The notes under the pieces were generated by a model. It did no database searches, was not told the DNA's origin, and worked only from the letters and a program-made list of their open reading frames with translations. The position numbers and the translations under genes are program-made. From an uncultured Actinomycetota bacterium (GTDB lineage: Bacteria > Actinomycetota > Actinomycetes > Streptosporangiales > Streptosporangiaceae), in assembly GCA_963792725.1 (NCBI GenBank), contig CAWBXJ010000001.1, forward strand, positions 830,937 through 894,936: DNA of 64,000 nt. Direction: 5' to 3'. Shown here in pieces: positions 1 through 8,899 of this stretch; the stretch's first letter is position 1, and each line of letters opens with the position of its first letter.

Positions 1-1
1 T

Positions 2-379
2 GTAGTCCTCAGTCTGCAGTAGGCCCGGAATGCGGTTGACCCTGTAAACTCTCATCTCGGAAGCGGCGTTCTCGAGCCCCAAGTATGTCGCCAGATGTGG
101 CTGCACGCTGTCGCCGTAGGCGTGCCACCAGCCCTTCTGCCGAGATTCCCGGGCCAACTGCATGAGGCTGTCGTGCTGGCTGCCCGTCACGCCGTATATC
201 AGCAACAGGTCGCGGACATCTCGCGGCGATACCGCGACGCGCCCGGTCTCGATCCGGCTGATCTTGGACGCTGAGCATTCCATCCGCTCCGCGACGGCCT
301 CGCAGGTTAGCTTCGCGGCCTCGCGCAACCGCCGGAGCTCGGAGGTGAGACGGCGGCGTCGCACCGTCGGACTCTGCAT
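2..379 (-). CDS. XRE-family helix-turn-helix regulator (DUF5753-type), N-terminal part; 3' end runs off the left edge
   Basis: Own minus-strand translation from ATG at 379 reads MQSPTVRRRRLTSELRRLREAAKLTCEAVAERMECSASKISRIETGRVAVSPRDVRDLLLIYGV..., a classic Cro/C1 HTH. The frame is open to position 2. It is absent from the ORF track because no stop lies in the window. Confidence 0.75.
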   Translation of the reverse strand, partial: MQSPTVRRRRLTSELRRLREAAKLTCEAVAERMECSASKISRIETGRVAVSPRDVRDLLLIYGVTGSQHDSLMQLARESRQKGWWHAYGDSVQPHLATYLGLENAASEMRVYRVNRIPGLLQTEDY

Positions 380-853
380 GCTAGGCACTGACTTCTCCAA
401 CCTGCGACAGCAGCACGTTCTGGCAGCGAATGCATACATTGTGCCGTGGGCGCTTCGGATACGCGCAAGATCCGGGTCTCCAGCTCACCCCCATATCGCG
501 AGTCAGCCGCGGCATCCTGACCATGCCAACCCGCTGACCCACGACTGGTCCCTTCGATCCGCTATCGCTTCCCGAAGCCGAGCGGATAGCGCGTTCGGCC
601 AGGTTAGCCGCATGACGCTACCTAATGAGTTAGGGAAACGGTGTGCTCACAACTAAGGGAGACGACTGACCGTCGGTCGTGGCCAGGCAAGCCGACAATT
701 CCCGAGGCGCGCGACGGTGCGGACACTCTGCACGCTGATGGGCGTGATCGCCAGCGATGCCGCTGCTAGAGCCAGCTTCGCCGTGCTCCCGTGGCGATCA
801 GCTGGGGACCACACGCTGCGCGACGGCTAGCAGCGGACCCGGCCGAAAGTCCG

Positions 854-943
854 GGCCGGACCAAGGCCGAAGTCAGGGACAAGCTCCAGGCACTGCATCG
901 CGAGATCGACGCAGGGCTCCGCGTTTCCGCGTCCTACACGGTG
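854..943 (+). pseudogene. remnant of the N-terminal arm of a tyrosine recombinase/integrase
   Basis: The frame of ORF 791..1138 reads GRTKAEVRDKLQALHREIDAGLRVSASYTV. This motif typically precedes the core-binding domain in actinobacterial phage/ICE integrases. No catalytic domain follows, and the upstream part is only recognisable in another frame with a stop. Confidence 0.35.
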
Positions 944-990
944 GCGTCCTGTGCCCGCGGTTCTTCGAGGGCGCCCGGGTCGAGCCGTTG

Positions 991-2292
991 TCACGTTCCT
1001 GAGGAGGATCCAGCGGGCATCGTTGCCTGGACCGCGTTGTGCGCCGCAAGGCGCTCGAGTTCGTCGGCGATGGTCGTCGCGCCGTTCTTGCGCGCGAGGG
1101 CGTCGGCCATAACGACGGCACCATGCTTGAGGGACTGATCTTCGAGCGCCCTGACGATCACGCGGCGCAGCTTCTCAGGGGAGCTCTTCTTGCTCACGCG
1201 GACGCCAGCGCCGACGACGACAACACGGGCAGCATTGTCGGGCTGGTCACGACCGTCGGGGACGCAGACGAGCGGAACGCCGTCGGCGAGCGCCGCGTTG
1301 ACGGTCTGCCATCCCGCATGGGTGATGGCGAGCGACGCATGCGGCAGGATGGTTCGATGCGCGAGAAAGGCCACGGCGTACGTGTTCTCGGGGATCCGCA
1401 GCTGGCTGGTGTCGAGGGCTGGCCCAACTGTCAGCAGCGCGCGCACCTTGAGCCCCGCGACCGCGTCGAGGACGCGTTGCGCGAGTCTGCCCTGGTTCAT
1501 GTAGCTGGTACTGAAGCTGATCAGAACCAGCGGATCGGTGTTCTCCGCCGGCCAGGGCGATTCCCAGTCCGTCTCGAATGGCTCGAATGCGGGTCCGACG
1601 TAGTGAACATTGGCCGGCAGTTCGGCTCTGCTTGAGAAATCGAGCTCTGGCGCGGTCATGACATAGATCGCTCGCGCGCCGAGGACCTGGTCGTTCCAGT
1701 TCGGCAGCGGCGCGAGCCCGTGCTCGGCGCGAACCTCGTTCAGCACGGGCAGCCCGGTCGCCGAGAAGCGATGCATCAGGCCATTGAGCAGGCGGTCGCG
1801 GATGGCGCCGACCGGACCCGCCATTGGCCTCAGGCCGCTAAACAGCGGCGGCGCACCGGGCGCCGGAAGGGGGTAAGGGCAGTGAACTAGTGCGACCGCT
1901 GGTACGCCCACGCGCTCCGCAGCAACCGCCGCACCGACGAAGAGCCAATCGAACACCAGCACATCGGCGTTCCAGCCGTTGAGCAGTCCGATGATCTCGC
2001 GGGCCGCATCGGGCACTGGCGCGATCACAGCGTTGCGCATTCGCTTCGCTCCGCCGAGTGCCGTCCGCGCCTCCCAGTCGCGGATCGAGTCGGTTTCCGG
2101 ACGCGTGATGTCAAGGTCGGGGAGCGCCTGCTTGAAGGCGACGAACTCTGCCCCCGTGTCCTCGATCCGCTCGCGTGCGGCGCGATGGGCCAGTACCCGG
2201 ACCTCGTGACCCCGGCCGACGAGCTCCCGCGTGAGCGCCAGCTGCGGTGGAGCGTTGCCGCTGAACGCCAGCAGCGTCTGGAAGACTTTCAT
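991..2292 (-). CDS. GT1-family (MGT/UDP-glycosyltransferase-like) glycosyltransferase
   Basis: 433-aa ORF. The N-terminus reads MKVFQTLLAFSGNAPPQLALTRELVGRGHEV. The C-terminal donor-binding motif reads HAGWQTVNAALADGVPLVCVPDGRDQPDNA. Confidence 0.88.
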   Translation of the reverse strand: MKVFQTLLAFSGNAPPQLALTRELVGRGHEVRVLAHRAARERIEDTGAEFVAFKQALPDLDITRPETDSIRDWEARTALGGAKRMRNAVIAPVPDAAREIIGLLNGWNADVLVFDWLFVGAAVAAERVGVPAVALVHCPYPLPAPGAPPLFSGLRPMAGPVGAIRDRLLNGLMHRFSATGLPVLNEVRAEHGLAPLPNWNDQVLGARAIYVMTAPELDFSSRAELPANVHYVGPAFEPFETDWESPWPAENTDPLVLISFSTSYMNQGRLAQRVLDAVAGLKVRALLTVGPALDTSQLRIPENTYAVAFLAHRTILPHASLAITHAGWQTVNAALADGVPLVCVPDGRDQPDNAARVVVVGAGVRVSKKSSPEKLRRVIVRALEDQSLKHGAVVMADALARKNGATTIADELERLAAHNAVQATMPAGSSSGT

Positions 2293-2321
2293 ACTTTCAT
2301 ATTGGCTACACTAAGACGAAT

Positions 2322-2969
2322 ATGTCAACGGCCTCGAGTTCCAAACGCCCTTACCGGATGTCCGCCCGTGCCGAGGCCGCCGCCGCGACTGGCGAGCGGC
2401 TGCTCGAGGCTGCCTGGAAGCACTTCGGCACTCGGGCCTACGAGGAGGTCCGCCTGCGCGAGATCGCCGCCGACGCGGGCGTCACCGAACAGACACTTCT
2501 CGCCCGGTTTCACTCCAAGGACGCCCTGCTTGCCGCCGCATATCGTTGGTGGGGCAGAAGGGAGATCTCACGCCGCGACGCAGCGCCCGTTGGTCGCTTC
2601 CCCGAGGCCGTAACCAACGTGTTCGACCACTACGAGGCGCACGGAACCGCGATCCTGCGCATGCTCTCGCAGGAGGACCGCATCCCGGCGGTCCGGGAAA
2701 TGACCGACAAGGGAAGGGACTATCACCGCGATTGGGCCAGCCGGGTCTTTCAGCCGGTCCTCTCCGGCTTGCCGCCCGCCTCCAGGGAGCGGCGGCTTGC
2801 CGCCCTCGTCATCGCCACCGACGTGCTCGTGTGGAAGCTCCTGCGTCGCGACATGCAAGTTGGGCGCCCCCAGTCGGAACGGATTGTCCTGGAGATGATC
2901 GAGGCCTACACCAGGCAATCGGAGTTAGAGATCCGCGGCAACACTGGCCCGGCCTCGGCCCCGTGCTAG
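2322..2969 (+). CDS. TetR-family transcriptional regulator
   Basis: N-terminal HTH reads ERLLEAAWKHFGTRAYEEVRLREIAADAGVTEQTLLARFHSKDALL. It is divergent from the GT gene. Confidence 0.88.
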   Translation: MSTASSSKRPYRMSARAEAAAATGERLLEAAWKHFGTRAYEEVRLREIAADAGVTEQTLLARFHSKDALLAAAYRWWGRREISRRDAAPVGRFPEAVTNVFDHYEAHGTAILRMLSQEDRIPAVREMTDKGRDYHRDWASRVFQPVLSGLPPASRERRLAALVIATDVLVWKLLRRDMQVGRPQSERIVLEMIEAYTRQSELEIRGNTGPASAPC

Positions 2970-3164
2970 CCGCCGCTGTACCAGGGAGTCCCGACACCGG
3001 AGCGGCGGGCTTCTTGCTCAAGACCACTCCGCCGCAGCGCTTGTCTGCAGGCCAGTTATCAGGGCGATCGTGGTGCTGGCCGCACAGGAACCGTGGTGCC
3101 GCCACTCCTGTCCACCCGTCGCATCGCACGGACAATGGCTGGTAAGGGCACCTAGGAGGAGATC

Positions 3165-3350
3165 ATGAACAGGAAAACCCGAAAGCACTCCATCGCTAGT
3201 ACGGTCGCCGCCGTAGCTTTGACGCTGGCCTCGCAGGCTGGGGTTACCGCCACGGCGCTGACTGTCACGAACGGCCCGGCCCACGCCGCTGCCCAGATCC
3301 TTCCGCCCACCCGAATCACGCCGCCCGATCCGTGCCGGTCCTCCTGCTGA
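3165..3350 (+). CDS. small secreted peptide (61 aa) with Sec-type signal peptide and C-terminal CxxxC
   Basis: AGGAGG lies 5 nt upstream of the ATG. The signal has a basic n-region MNRKTRKH, a hydrophobic core, and an AHA-A cleavage-like site. The tail reads AAQILPPTRITPPDPCRSSC. GC3 is high. Confidence 0.5.
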   Translation: MNRKTRKHSIASTVAAVALTLASQAGVTATALTVTNGPAHAAAQILPPTRITPPDPCRSSC

Positions 3351-3652
3351 TTACCGGGATGACTTCTCGATCTGGAATAGCTGGTGGTAGGCGCCAACAT
3401 GGGATCACGTCACGCAGCCAGCTTCCCGACGCGATAGACACTTCTACTGACGACAGGCCGACGTCGCCCGCGATCCGATGTGCAGGACGAGCCACCGGCC
3501 GGCTGGGGCCTTCCTAACAATGCAAAGCCCCATGGGCGTGCCGCAGAAGGCCGCGCGGAAAGGGCCGCAGCCAGAGCCCACCGCTAGGCAAGCTCGCCCT
3601 GATCAACGATCCGGCGAGATCTGGGTCGACGTCACGAGCCACCCGGTCGTGG

Positions 3653-3678
3653 CCGGGAGGGGACCTGTGCCCTCCCGG
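3653..3678. terminator. GC-rich hairpin (9-bp perfect stem CCGGGAGGG/CCCTCCCGG, 8-nt loop) between convergent genes
   Basis: Read directly from the sequence. It lies 50 nt downstream of the EthD stop on the minus strand and downstream of the small peptide gene on the plus strand. Confidence 0.4.
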
Positions 3679-3727
3679 TAATTGGTTGCTGCAGTGACGG
3701 CGGGACTGGAATCTGTCTCGCGTCGGT

Positions 3728-4066
3728 CTAGGCCTCGTCGAGGACCTCCGCGAATGCGATTACTACACCTCCGGTGGCGTGCTTGAGGGTAGCGCCGACA
3801 AGGGCACCCGCCTCCGCGGCAGCGACGCTGGCCGCCGCGTAGTCGGCAAAGTACAGGTCCAACATTCGGTATGCCGGGGTCGGGCTGCCGTCTTCCTTAG
3901 GCCAGACCTTCGACGTCTGCAGCCGAATCAGGCCGGGGAGCTTCCGCGCCAGCGCGAGCTGCTCGGGGTAAGCCGCCTCGAAGGCGGCCGGGTCGGTAGG
4001 GTTGGAATAGAGGAAGCTGATCTTGGTCGGCTTGTCTTGCCCAGCTTCGCCAGCTCTCGATGTCAT
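3728..4066 (-). CDS. EthD-family protein
   Basis: 112 aa. It reads KISFLYSNPTDPAAFEAAYPEQLALARKLPGLIRLQTSKVW, typical of the EthD/TIGR02118-like family. Confidence 0.8.
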   Translation of the reverse strand: MTSRAGEAGQDKPTKISFLYSNPTDPAAFEAAYPEQLALARKLPGLIRLQTSKVWPKEDGSPTPAYRMLDLYFADYAAASVAAAEAGALVGATLKHATGGVVIAFAEVLDEA

Positions 4067-4296
4067 GGGTTCTGTTCCTTTCTGGTCGAGTTACGTCTGT
4101 CCGGTGCAATAACGTTGATGCAAGCGATCGAACCCAGACCTGGACGAGAATGTCGGGCGACCTTCCGATGGCGCGGCTGCTTCGCCAATGGAAGGAATTG
4201 ACACCTCACAGGGCGACCCAGCCTGGTCCCAAGCCCGTCCGATTGGTCGCTCCACTCATTGCTCGTCGAACGTAGTCCGAGGAATACGTAGAGACA

Positions 4297-5328
4297 ATGA
4301 CCGCTCCGCCGGAACATCTTGCCGATCGTCCAGCAACGCCAGTCGATTTGCTCCGACCGCCGCGAGAGTTTGCCGATCCTCGAGCGCTCGAGGACGCCGC
4401 GCTCGGCCTCGATGTATATGGCCAGCCGCACGACTTGCTCTCGGAGTTGCTCCGGAGCGTCCGTCTGAGCGGAGAACGGATCGTTGTGTACGCTCCGGTG
4501 CGGCCTTTCTCGATCAGCTTCGCCGGTATCGGCACCCTGCACATCATTGAAGAGGGCGAACTCGTGCTTCGGATCGACGGCGATCCGCACGTCGAGCGCG
4601 TGAGTCGCGGCGATGTCATCCTGCTCCCCCGCGGCGACCCGCACCACATCAGCGACGCAGGCAAGCGCGCGCACGCCACCGTGCCCGCCGGCGCGTCCGA
4701 GCACGACGCGTCCGCACCCGAGCCAGCGCGCTGGCTCTGCGGAACATTCACGATCGGCGACCCGCAGGCAAGCCACCTGCTCGCGAGCCTCCCGGCCGTG
4801 ATCATCCTGCGCGGCGGCCGCGGCCAAGCGCTCGAAGGGCTCGAAGTGGCCCGCAGGATGCTCCTATTCGAGATGCAATCGCCCTCTCAAGGATCGGCGG
4901 TGATGGTCGCCCGTATCCTCGATCTGGTCTTCATCCAGATTCTGCGCGCCTCGGCCGCCGGCACGGACGCCGAGCCGAACTGGCTGGCCGGTGCGCTCGA
5001 CCCGCAGATCGGTCTGGCCTTGAGCGCTATCCATCGTGACCCCGGCCACGGCTGGACGGTCGACGATCTGGCCCGAGCGTGCAGCCTTTCCCGGTCGGCG
5101 TTCGCTGCGCGGTTCGTCGCTCGCGTCGGAAAGCCGCCAGCCACCTATCTCGCGCACGTACGCCTGGACGCCGCGACCGACCTGCTCCGCGATACCTCCC
5201 TTCCGGTCACGCTCATCGCGGAGAACGTCGGCTACACGTCGGAGGCGGCATTCAGCCGCGCGTTCAAGCACCGCTACGGCACGCCACCGGCTCGCTGGCG
5301 ACGAGACATACGACCGAAACGCTCGTGA
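4297..5328 (+). CDS. AraC-family transcriptional regulator with N-terminal cupin domain
   Basis: The C-terminal double HTH reads LARACSLSRSAFAARFVARVGKPPATYLAHVRLDAATDLL...GYTSEAAFSRAFKHRYGTPPARWRR. Confidence 0.9.
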   Translation: MTAPPEHLADRPATPVDLLRPPREFADPRALEDAALGLDVYGQPHDLLSELLRSVRLSGERIVVYAPVRPFSISFAGIGTLHIIEEGELVLRIDGDPHVERVSRGDVILLPRGDPHHISDAGKRAHATVPAGASEHDASAPEPARWLCGTFTIGDPQASHLLASLPAVIILRGGRGQALEGLEVARRMLLFEMQSPSQGSAVMVARILDLVFIQILRASAAGTDAEPNWLAGALDPQIGLALSAIHRDPGHGWTVDDLARACSLSRSAFAARFVARVGKPPATYLAHVRLDAATDLLRDTSLPVTLIAENVGYTSEAAFSRAFKHRYGTPPARWRRDIRPKRS

Positions 5329-5513
5329 GCGGCCCGCCTGCCGCGAGGTCACTCCGGCGGCCGCGGAGCTTGCCCGGCGGTGCCGGCCGAAGGGCCAGCG
5401 CTGTATCGTCCTAGACCGGTCCGGGCAGCCCGGTGCCGCATGCGGTCTACGGGCGGCCGTGTCTGCGACGGGCTCACGTACAGGTTTGGCTAGGGGCGGA
5501 GGTCCAGCCTCAG

Positions 5514-6341
5514 GTGAGCATAGCGATCCTTCCCAGTAGTGATCCCAGGCTGGTGATCGGCGAGATTGGTGACCTGCTGGCCGGTGACCCGGTGGGACTT
5601 AACCTGGTCGGCACCAAGCTGGCGGACGCGATCCGTTACGACGAGCTCGGCCGGTACTGGATCGGGCTGCTTGACGGGGTCCCGGCCGGAGTTGCCGTGC
5701 AGCAGTCGGCAGATTCGCCACTGGCCGTGGCGCCGATGCCCGCCGAAGTTGTCGCGGCAATTGTCGATGCCGTCGATACTGACGGCGTCACGCTGCCAGG
5801 CCTCTTCGGCCCGGCCGGGACCGCTTCCCGCTTCGCCGAGGTGTGGGCCAGGCGGCGCAAGGTCGCCGCGGTACAGACGTCGGCGGAGCGGCTCTACGAG
5901 GTCCGGGACCTGCGGTTTCCGGCTGGCGTGGACGGTACATTGCGCCGCGCGGCCGAGGCCGACCGATGGCTGCTGCACTCGTGGCTGCCGGGGTTCCAGG
6001 CCGGCGCCGACTGGGCCAGTTCCGATCCGGCGGCGGTGTTCGTCACGCGCCGGCTGGCAGCCGGCGACGTCTGGATCTGGGATGACAACGGTCCGGTGTC
6101 CATGGCCGCGCGGACCGAGGCGGTGGCCGGAGTCTCGCGGATCCAGGCCGTAAACACACCGCCTGAACAGCGGGCGCGGGGCTATGCGAGTGCGGCCGTC
6201 GCGGCGCTGTCCGCCAGTGTCCTCGCGCAGGGCTTGCGTTGCGTGCTCAACGCCGACGTGAACAACGTTGTCGCCAACTCCGTCTATCAGCGGCTCGGAT
6301 ACCAGGCCGTCACCGACATGCTCCGCTACCAGCTCGGTTGA
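5514..6341 (+). CDS. GNAT-family N-acetyltransferase
   Basis: The C-terminal acetyl-CoA region reads QRARGYASAAVAALSASVLAQGLRCVLNADVNNVVANSVYQRLGYQ. I chose the GTG at 5514 (GGAGG upstream); the ORF is open from 5433. Confidence 0.78.
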   Translation: MSIAILPSSDPRLVIGEIGDLLAGDPVGLNLVGTKLADAIRYDELGRYWIGLLDGVPAGVAVQQSADSPLAVAPMPAEVVAAIVDAVDTDGVTLPGLFGPAGTASRFAEVWARRRKVAAVQTSAERLYEVRDLRFPAGVDGTLRRAAEADRWLLHSWLPGFQAGADWASSDPAAVFVTRRLAAGDVWIWDDNGPVSMAARTEAVAGVSRIQAVNTPPEQRARGYASAAVAALSASVLAQGLRCVLNADVNNVVANSVYQRLGYQAVTDMLRYQLG

Positions 6342-6802
6342 CGACGGTTCCGGCAGATGTCCGCGGCCGGGACTTGAGGGCGGCTGAGCACTGGCGTTGC
6401 TGACGGTGGGACTTGCGGGCGCGGGCCTGGTGCCGGCGGCGCCATCGTGAACATCGCTGATGTGACTCTCCCCGATCACGGAAAACTCCGCTGACACTGT
6501 CACGCGGCTATCTCCCGTGCGCAAACTAGCTGGATCTGCGCGCCATGCCGGCATCAGCCGAGTCCATCGTTAGTCCTGCAGCGGGCTGGTGGGGATTCCA
6601 TAGTGCATGTCTTTGCGCAGGCGCAGCACACGAGCTGATCGAAGCGATCCGTGACGTTTGGCCAGCCCGGCCGCAGGGGAGCTTCCAATCCTTGACTGAC
6701 ACGTAACGCTCACCGCCTGCGGCCGGCTCGGCTAGTTCACGGGCATCCTGAGCCGTCGAGCGTGACCTATGACGCTATGTGCTAAGCCGACGGGGGAAAG
6801 CG

Positions 6803-7408
6803 ATGTCATATCAGCATTGGGGCAGCAGCTTTAGCGAGCGGCCGCCAAGGCACCCACAAGGCTGGCGGTGGGCAGCCGCAGGTCTGTCAGCCGCGGCGCT
6901 ACTTGCCGCCGGCTGCGGGAGCTCGTCGCCGGCGAAACCGGCAACTTCCAGTAGCTTGGCGGCCCCGTCCACGTCCGCTGCACCGGCCACTTCGGCTACC
7001 TCGTCGAGCACTGCCTCCACCAGCGCGGTCCTGAAGACCACGAAGATTGGCGGCGTGACGGTGCTCACCAACGCCAAGGGCTTCACCTTGTACTGGTTCG
7101 CCATCGACACGCCAACGAAGTCGAACTGCAACGGGTCCTGTACCACGTACTGGCCGCCCGTGGCGGGACCAGCGACAGCTGGCGCCGGCGTCACGGGCAA
7201 GCTCGGCACCATCAAGCGCGCCGACGGCTCGACCCAGGCGACCTATAACGGGCACCCCCTATACACCTACGTCGGTGATACCGCTCCTGGCCAGGCGAAG
7301 GGCAACGGTCTCAACCTGTCCGGCGGCGTGTGGCACGAAGTGACTGCGTCCGGCGCGGCGGCGCCCGCGCCTAGTAGCTCATCCAGCTCCGGCGGAGGCG
7401 GCTACTGA
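6803..7408 (+). CDS. lipoprotein of the COG4315 / Yx(FWY)xxD-repeat family
   Basis: The lipobox is LLAAGC. The repeats read GFTLYWFAIDTPTKSNCNGSCTTYWPP and GHPLYTYVGDTAPGQAKGNG. Confidence 0.85.
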   Translation: MSYQHWGSSFSERPPRHPQGWRWAAAGLSAAALLAAGCGSSSPAKPATSSSLAAPSTSAAPATSATSSSTASTSAVLKTTKIGGVTVLTNAKGFTLYWFAIDTPTKSNCNGSCTTYWPPVAGPATAGAGVTGKLGTIKRADGSTQATYNGHPLYTYVGDTAPGQAKGNGLNLSGGVWHEVTASGAAAPAPSSSSSSGGGGY

Positions 7409-7464
7409 CCGCCGGCGAGCACACAGGCGTGCAGCGGGCGCGGCCGCCGGTGCCTCGGCAGCTG

Positions 7465-7785
7465 ATGCTCGGATTGCGGCTCACCGGGGCTGGCTACTTC
7501 TCGCAGCCGGGGCGATCCACCTTGATCTCTACCTAACCTGCTACCGGTTGATCCCGGTCATTGGCTGGCTGTTCCTATTTCAGGTGATCGCCGCGTTCGG
7601 CCTGGCCATCGTCGTGCTCGCGTCCGGGAGCCGACTCGCGGCCGCGGCGGGCGCCGGATTCGCCGCTGCGACCATGGGCGGCTACCTCCTGACGGTCTGG
7701 ATCGGCCTGTTCGGGTTCAAGGAGGTCCGCACCACCGCCGGGATCGTCGCGGGTGGTCCGCACCACCGCCGGGATCGTCGCGGGC
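7465..7785 (+). pseudogene. integral membrane protein, disrupted (frameshift near GGGG 7486-7489; C-terminus replaced at 7785)
   Basis: The TM-rich frame ...GWLLLAAGAIHLDLYLTCYRLIPVIGWLFLFQVIAAFGLAIVVL...[17 protein letters not shown] has no in-frame ATG/GTG before the TTG at 7548. The only plausible ATG (7465) is in frame +1. The sequence loses sense after the tandem duplication. Confidence 0.5.
7724..7785 (+). repeat. 31-bp tandem duplication (7724-7754 / 7755-7785)
   Basis: GGTCCGCACCACCGCCGGGATCGTCGCGGG(T/C) was read twice back to back. The unit length is not a multiple of 3. Confidence 0.95.
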
Positions 7786-7836
7786 GTGATCGAGGTCGCG
7801 GCCTACCACCGTGATGACGGTAACGGACAATCTACC
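7784..7836 (+). repeat. 53-bp direct repeat, copy 1
   Basis: GCGTGATCGAGGTCGCGGCCTACCACCGTGATGACGGTAACGGACAATCTACC. It is identical to 8371-8423 except for one C/T difference. Confidence 0.95.
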
Positions 7837-8205
7837 CTGACCGATAGCGGCGGTATCCAGGAGGAGGCGCCTAGCCTCGGCAAGCCGGTACTCGTCATGC
7901 GCGACACCACCGAGCGCCCAGAAGCCGTGTCAGCTGGGACGGCACGACTGGTGGGCACGGATCCCGATTATGTGTTCCAGGCCGTCGACGAGCTACTTAC
8001 TAGTGCCAGCGCCTACAAGTCCATGGCCAATGCAGTGAACCCTTACGGCGACGGCCGGGCCGCGTGCCGCACGGTGAGCGCAATCGAGCACATGTTCCAG
8101 CTGGGCTCATCGCCGGAGCCGTTCGAGCCCCGGACGACGTCGGAAGGCGAGGTTGACCAGCGTCCTAAGCTCTTAAACTCTGACCTTGAGTGTCAGACCC
8201 GGTAG
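7837..8205 (+). pseudogene. 3' fragment (about 120 codons) of a UDP-N-acetylglucosamine 2-epimerase (WecB/MnaA-like) gene
   Basis: It reads [42 protein letters not shown]...[11 protein letters not shown]. Only the C-terminal domain is present, and it starts exactly at the repeat boundary. Confidence 0.8.
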
Positions 8206-8459
8206 CTCGCTGACGAGTCCTCACAGTAGAGACCGAGGCGACCGCTGCGGTACGGCCGCTGGGAGTCGGTGAAGTGCAGAAGTGCCTTACCGTCCACGCT
8301 CACAGCAATAGCGTCGCCTCTCTGCGTGACCTTGATCGTGTACCACCGCCCGATGCGGAACCTCGGGTGAGCGTGATCGAGGTCGCGGCCTACCACCGTG
8401 ATGACGGTAATGGACAATCTACCTGGTTTGGGTGGGTTCATGGTAGGTCGCTTTTTCAC
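8193..8459 (-). pseudogene. C-terminal fragment of a LamG/concanavalin-A-like domain protein
   Basis: It reads [52 protein letters not shown]. The N-terminus is atypical and contains repeat copy 2. Confidence 0.45.
8371..8423 (+). repeat. 53-bp direct repeat, copy 2
   Basis: See copy 1. Here it is embedded in the minus-strand LamG-like ORF, where it encodes [17 protein letters not shown]. Confidence 0.95.
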
Positions 8460-8899
8460 GTCGTCAAGTGCTACCAGCGCTGGGCAGGGCCCGCTATATC
8501 CGCGGGAAGTCAGATGTGAGATGGATCACGTCGAGCAGGACGGGCCGTGTGCCCTCGCCGCCAGGTCCCACAACCGTTGCTCCACCTAGGGTGGGCCGGC
8601 GCTCAAGGCGTAACGGTCTGTCGACGTTCACCCAGGCGGGTCGGGGCGCAGGGTGCGCAGGCCCTCGACGCACTCGACAGTGGTGGTCGTTCGGAGTGCC
8701 GGCCCCGTTGACGGCCCCACGATGCCGAAGAAGGCCTTAGCGATCAGCTGGCGCCGGGCGCCGCGTGGCCATACCGGAACGCTGTCCGGCGGAGGAGCGC
8801 ATCAGCCGAACGGCTGATAAAGACATCCACTCCTCGACACACCGCGGGCCTAGCTGCAACCTCTGTTCTCAGCCGGCACGAAGCGGTACCGTCCCGGAC

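Noticed and set aside
3400-3727. Possible decayed HTH gene on the minus strand (one frame reads ...AHRIAGDVGLSSVEVSIASGSWLRD...)
   Set aside because: Only about 25 residues look HTH-like. Stops flank them in all frames and no ORF context exists. The evidence is too weak to call even a pseudogene.
7784-8423. Possibility that the 53-bp repeat pair is a template/variable repeat of a diversity-generating retroelement
   Set aside because: The window contains no reverse transcriptase. The repeats are short and differ at a single C/T position rather than at adenines. Copy 1 sits at a junction of gene fragments.
8460-8765. Minus-strand fragment reading ...RQLIAKAFFGIVGPSTGPA...VECVEGLRTLRPDPPG between the LamG fragment and the amidase gene
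   Set aside because: It is short, has no start and matches no family I can name. It may be another gene remnant, but that cannot be supported from sequence alone.
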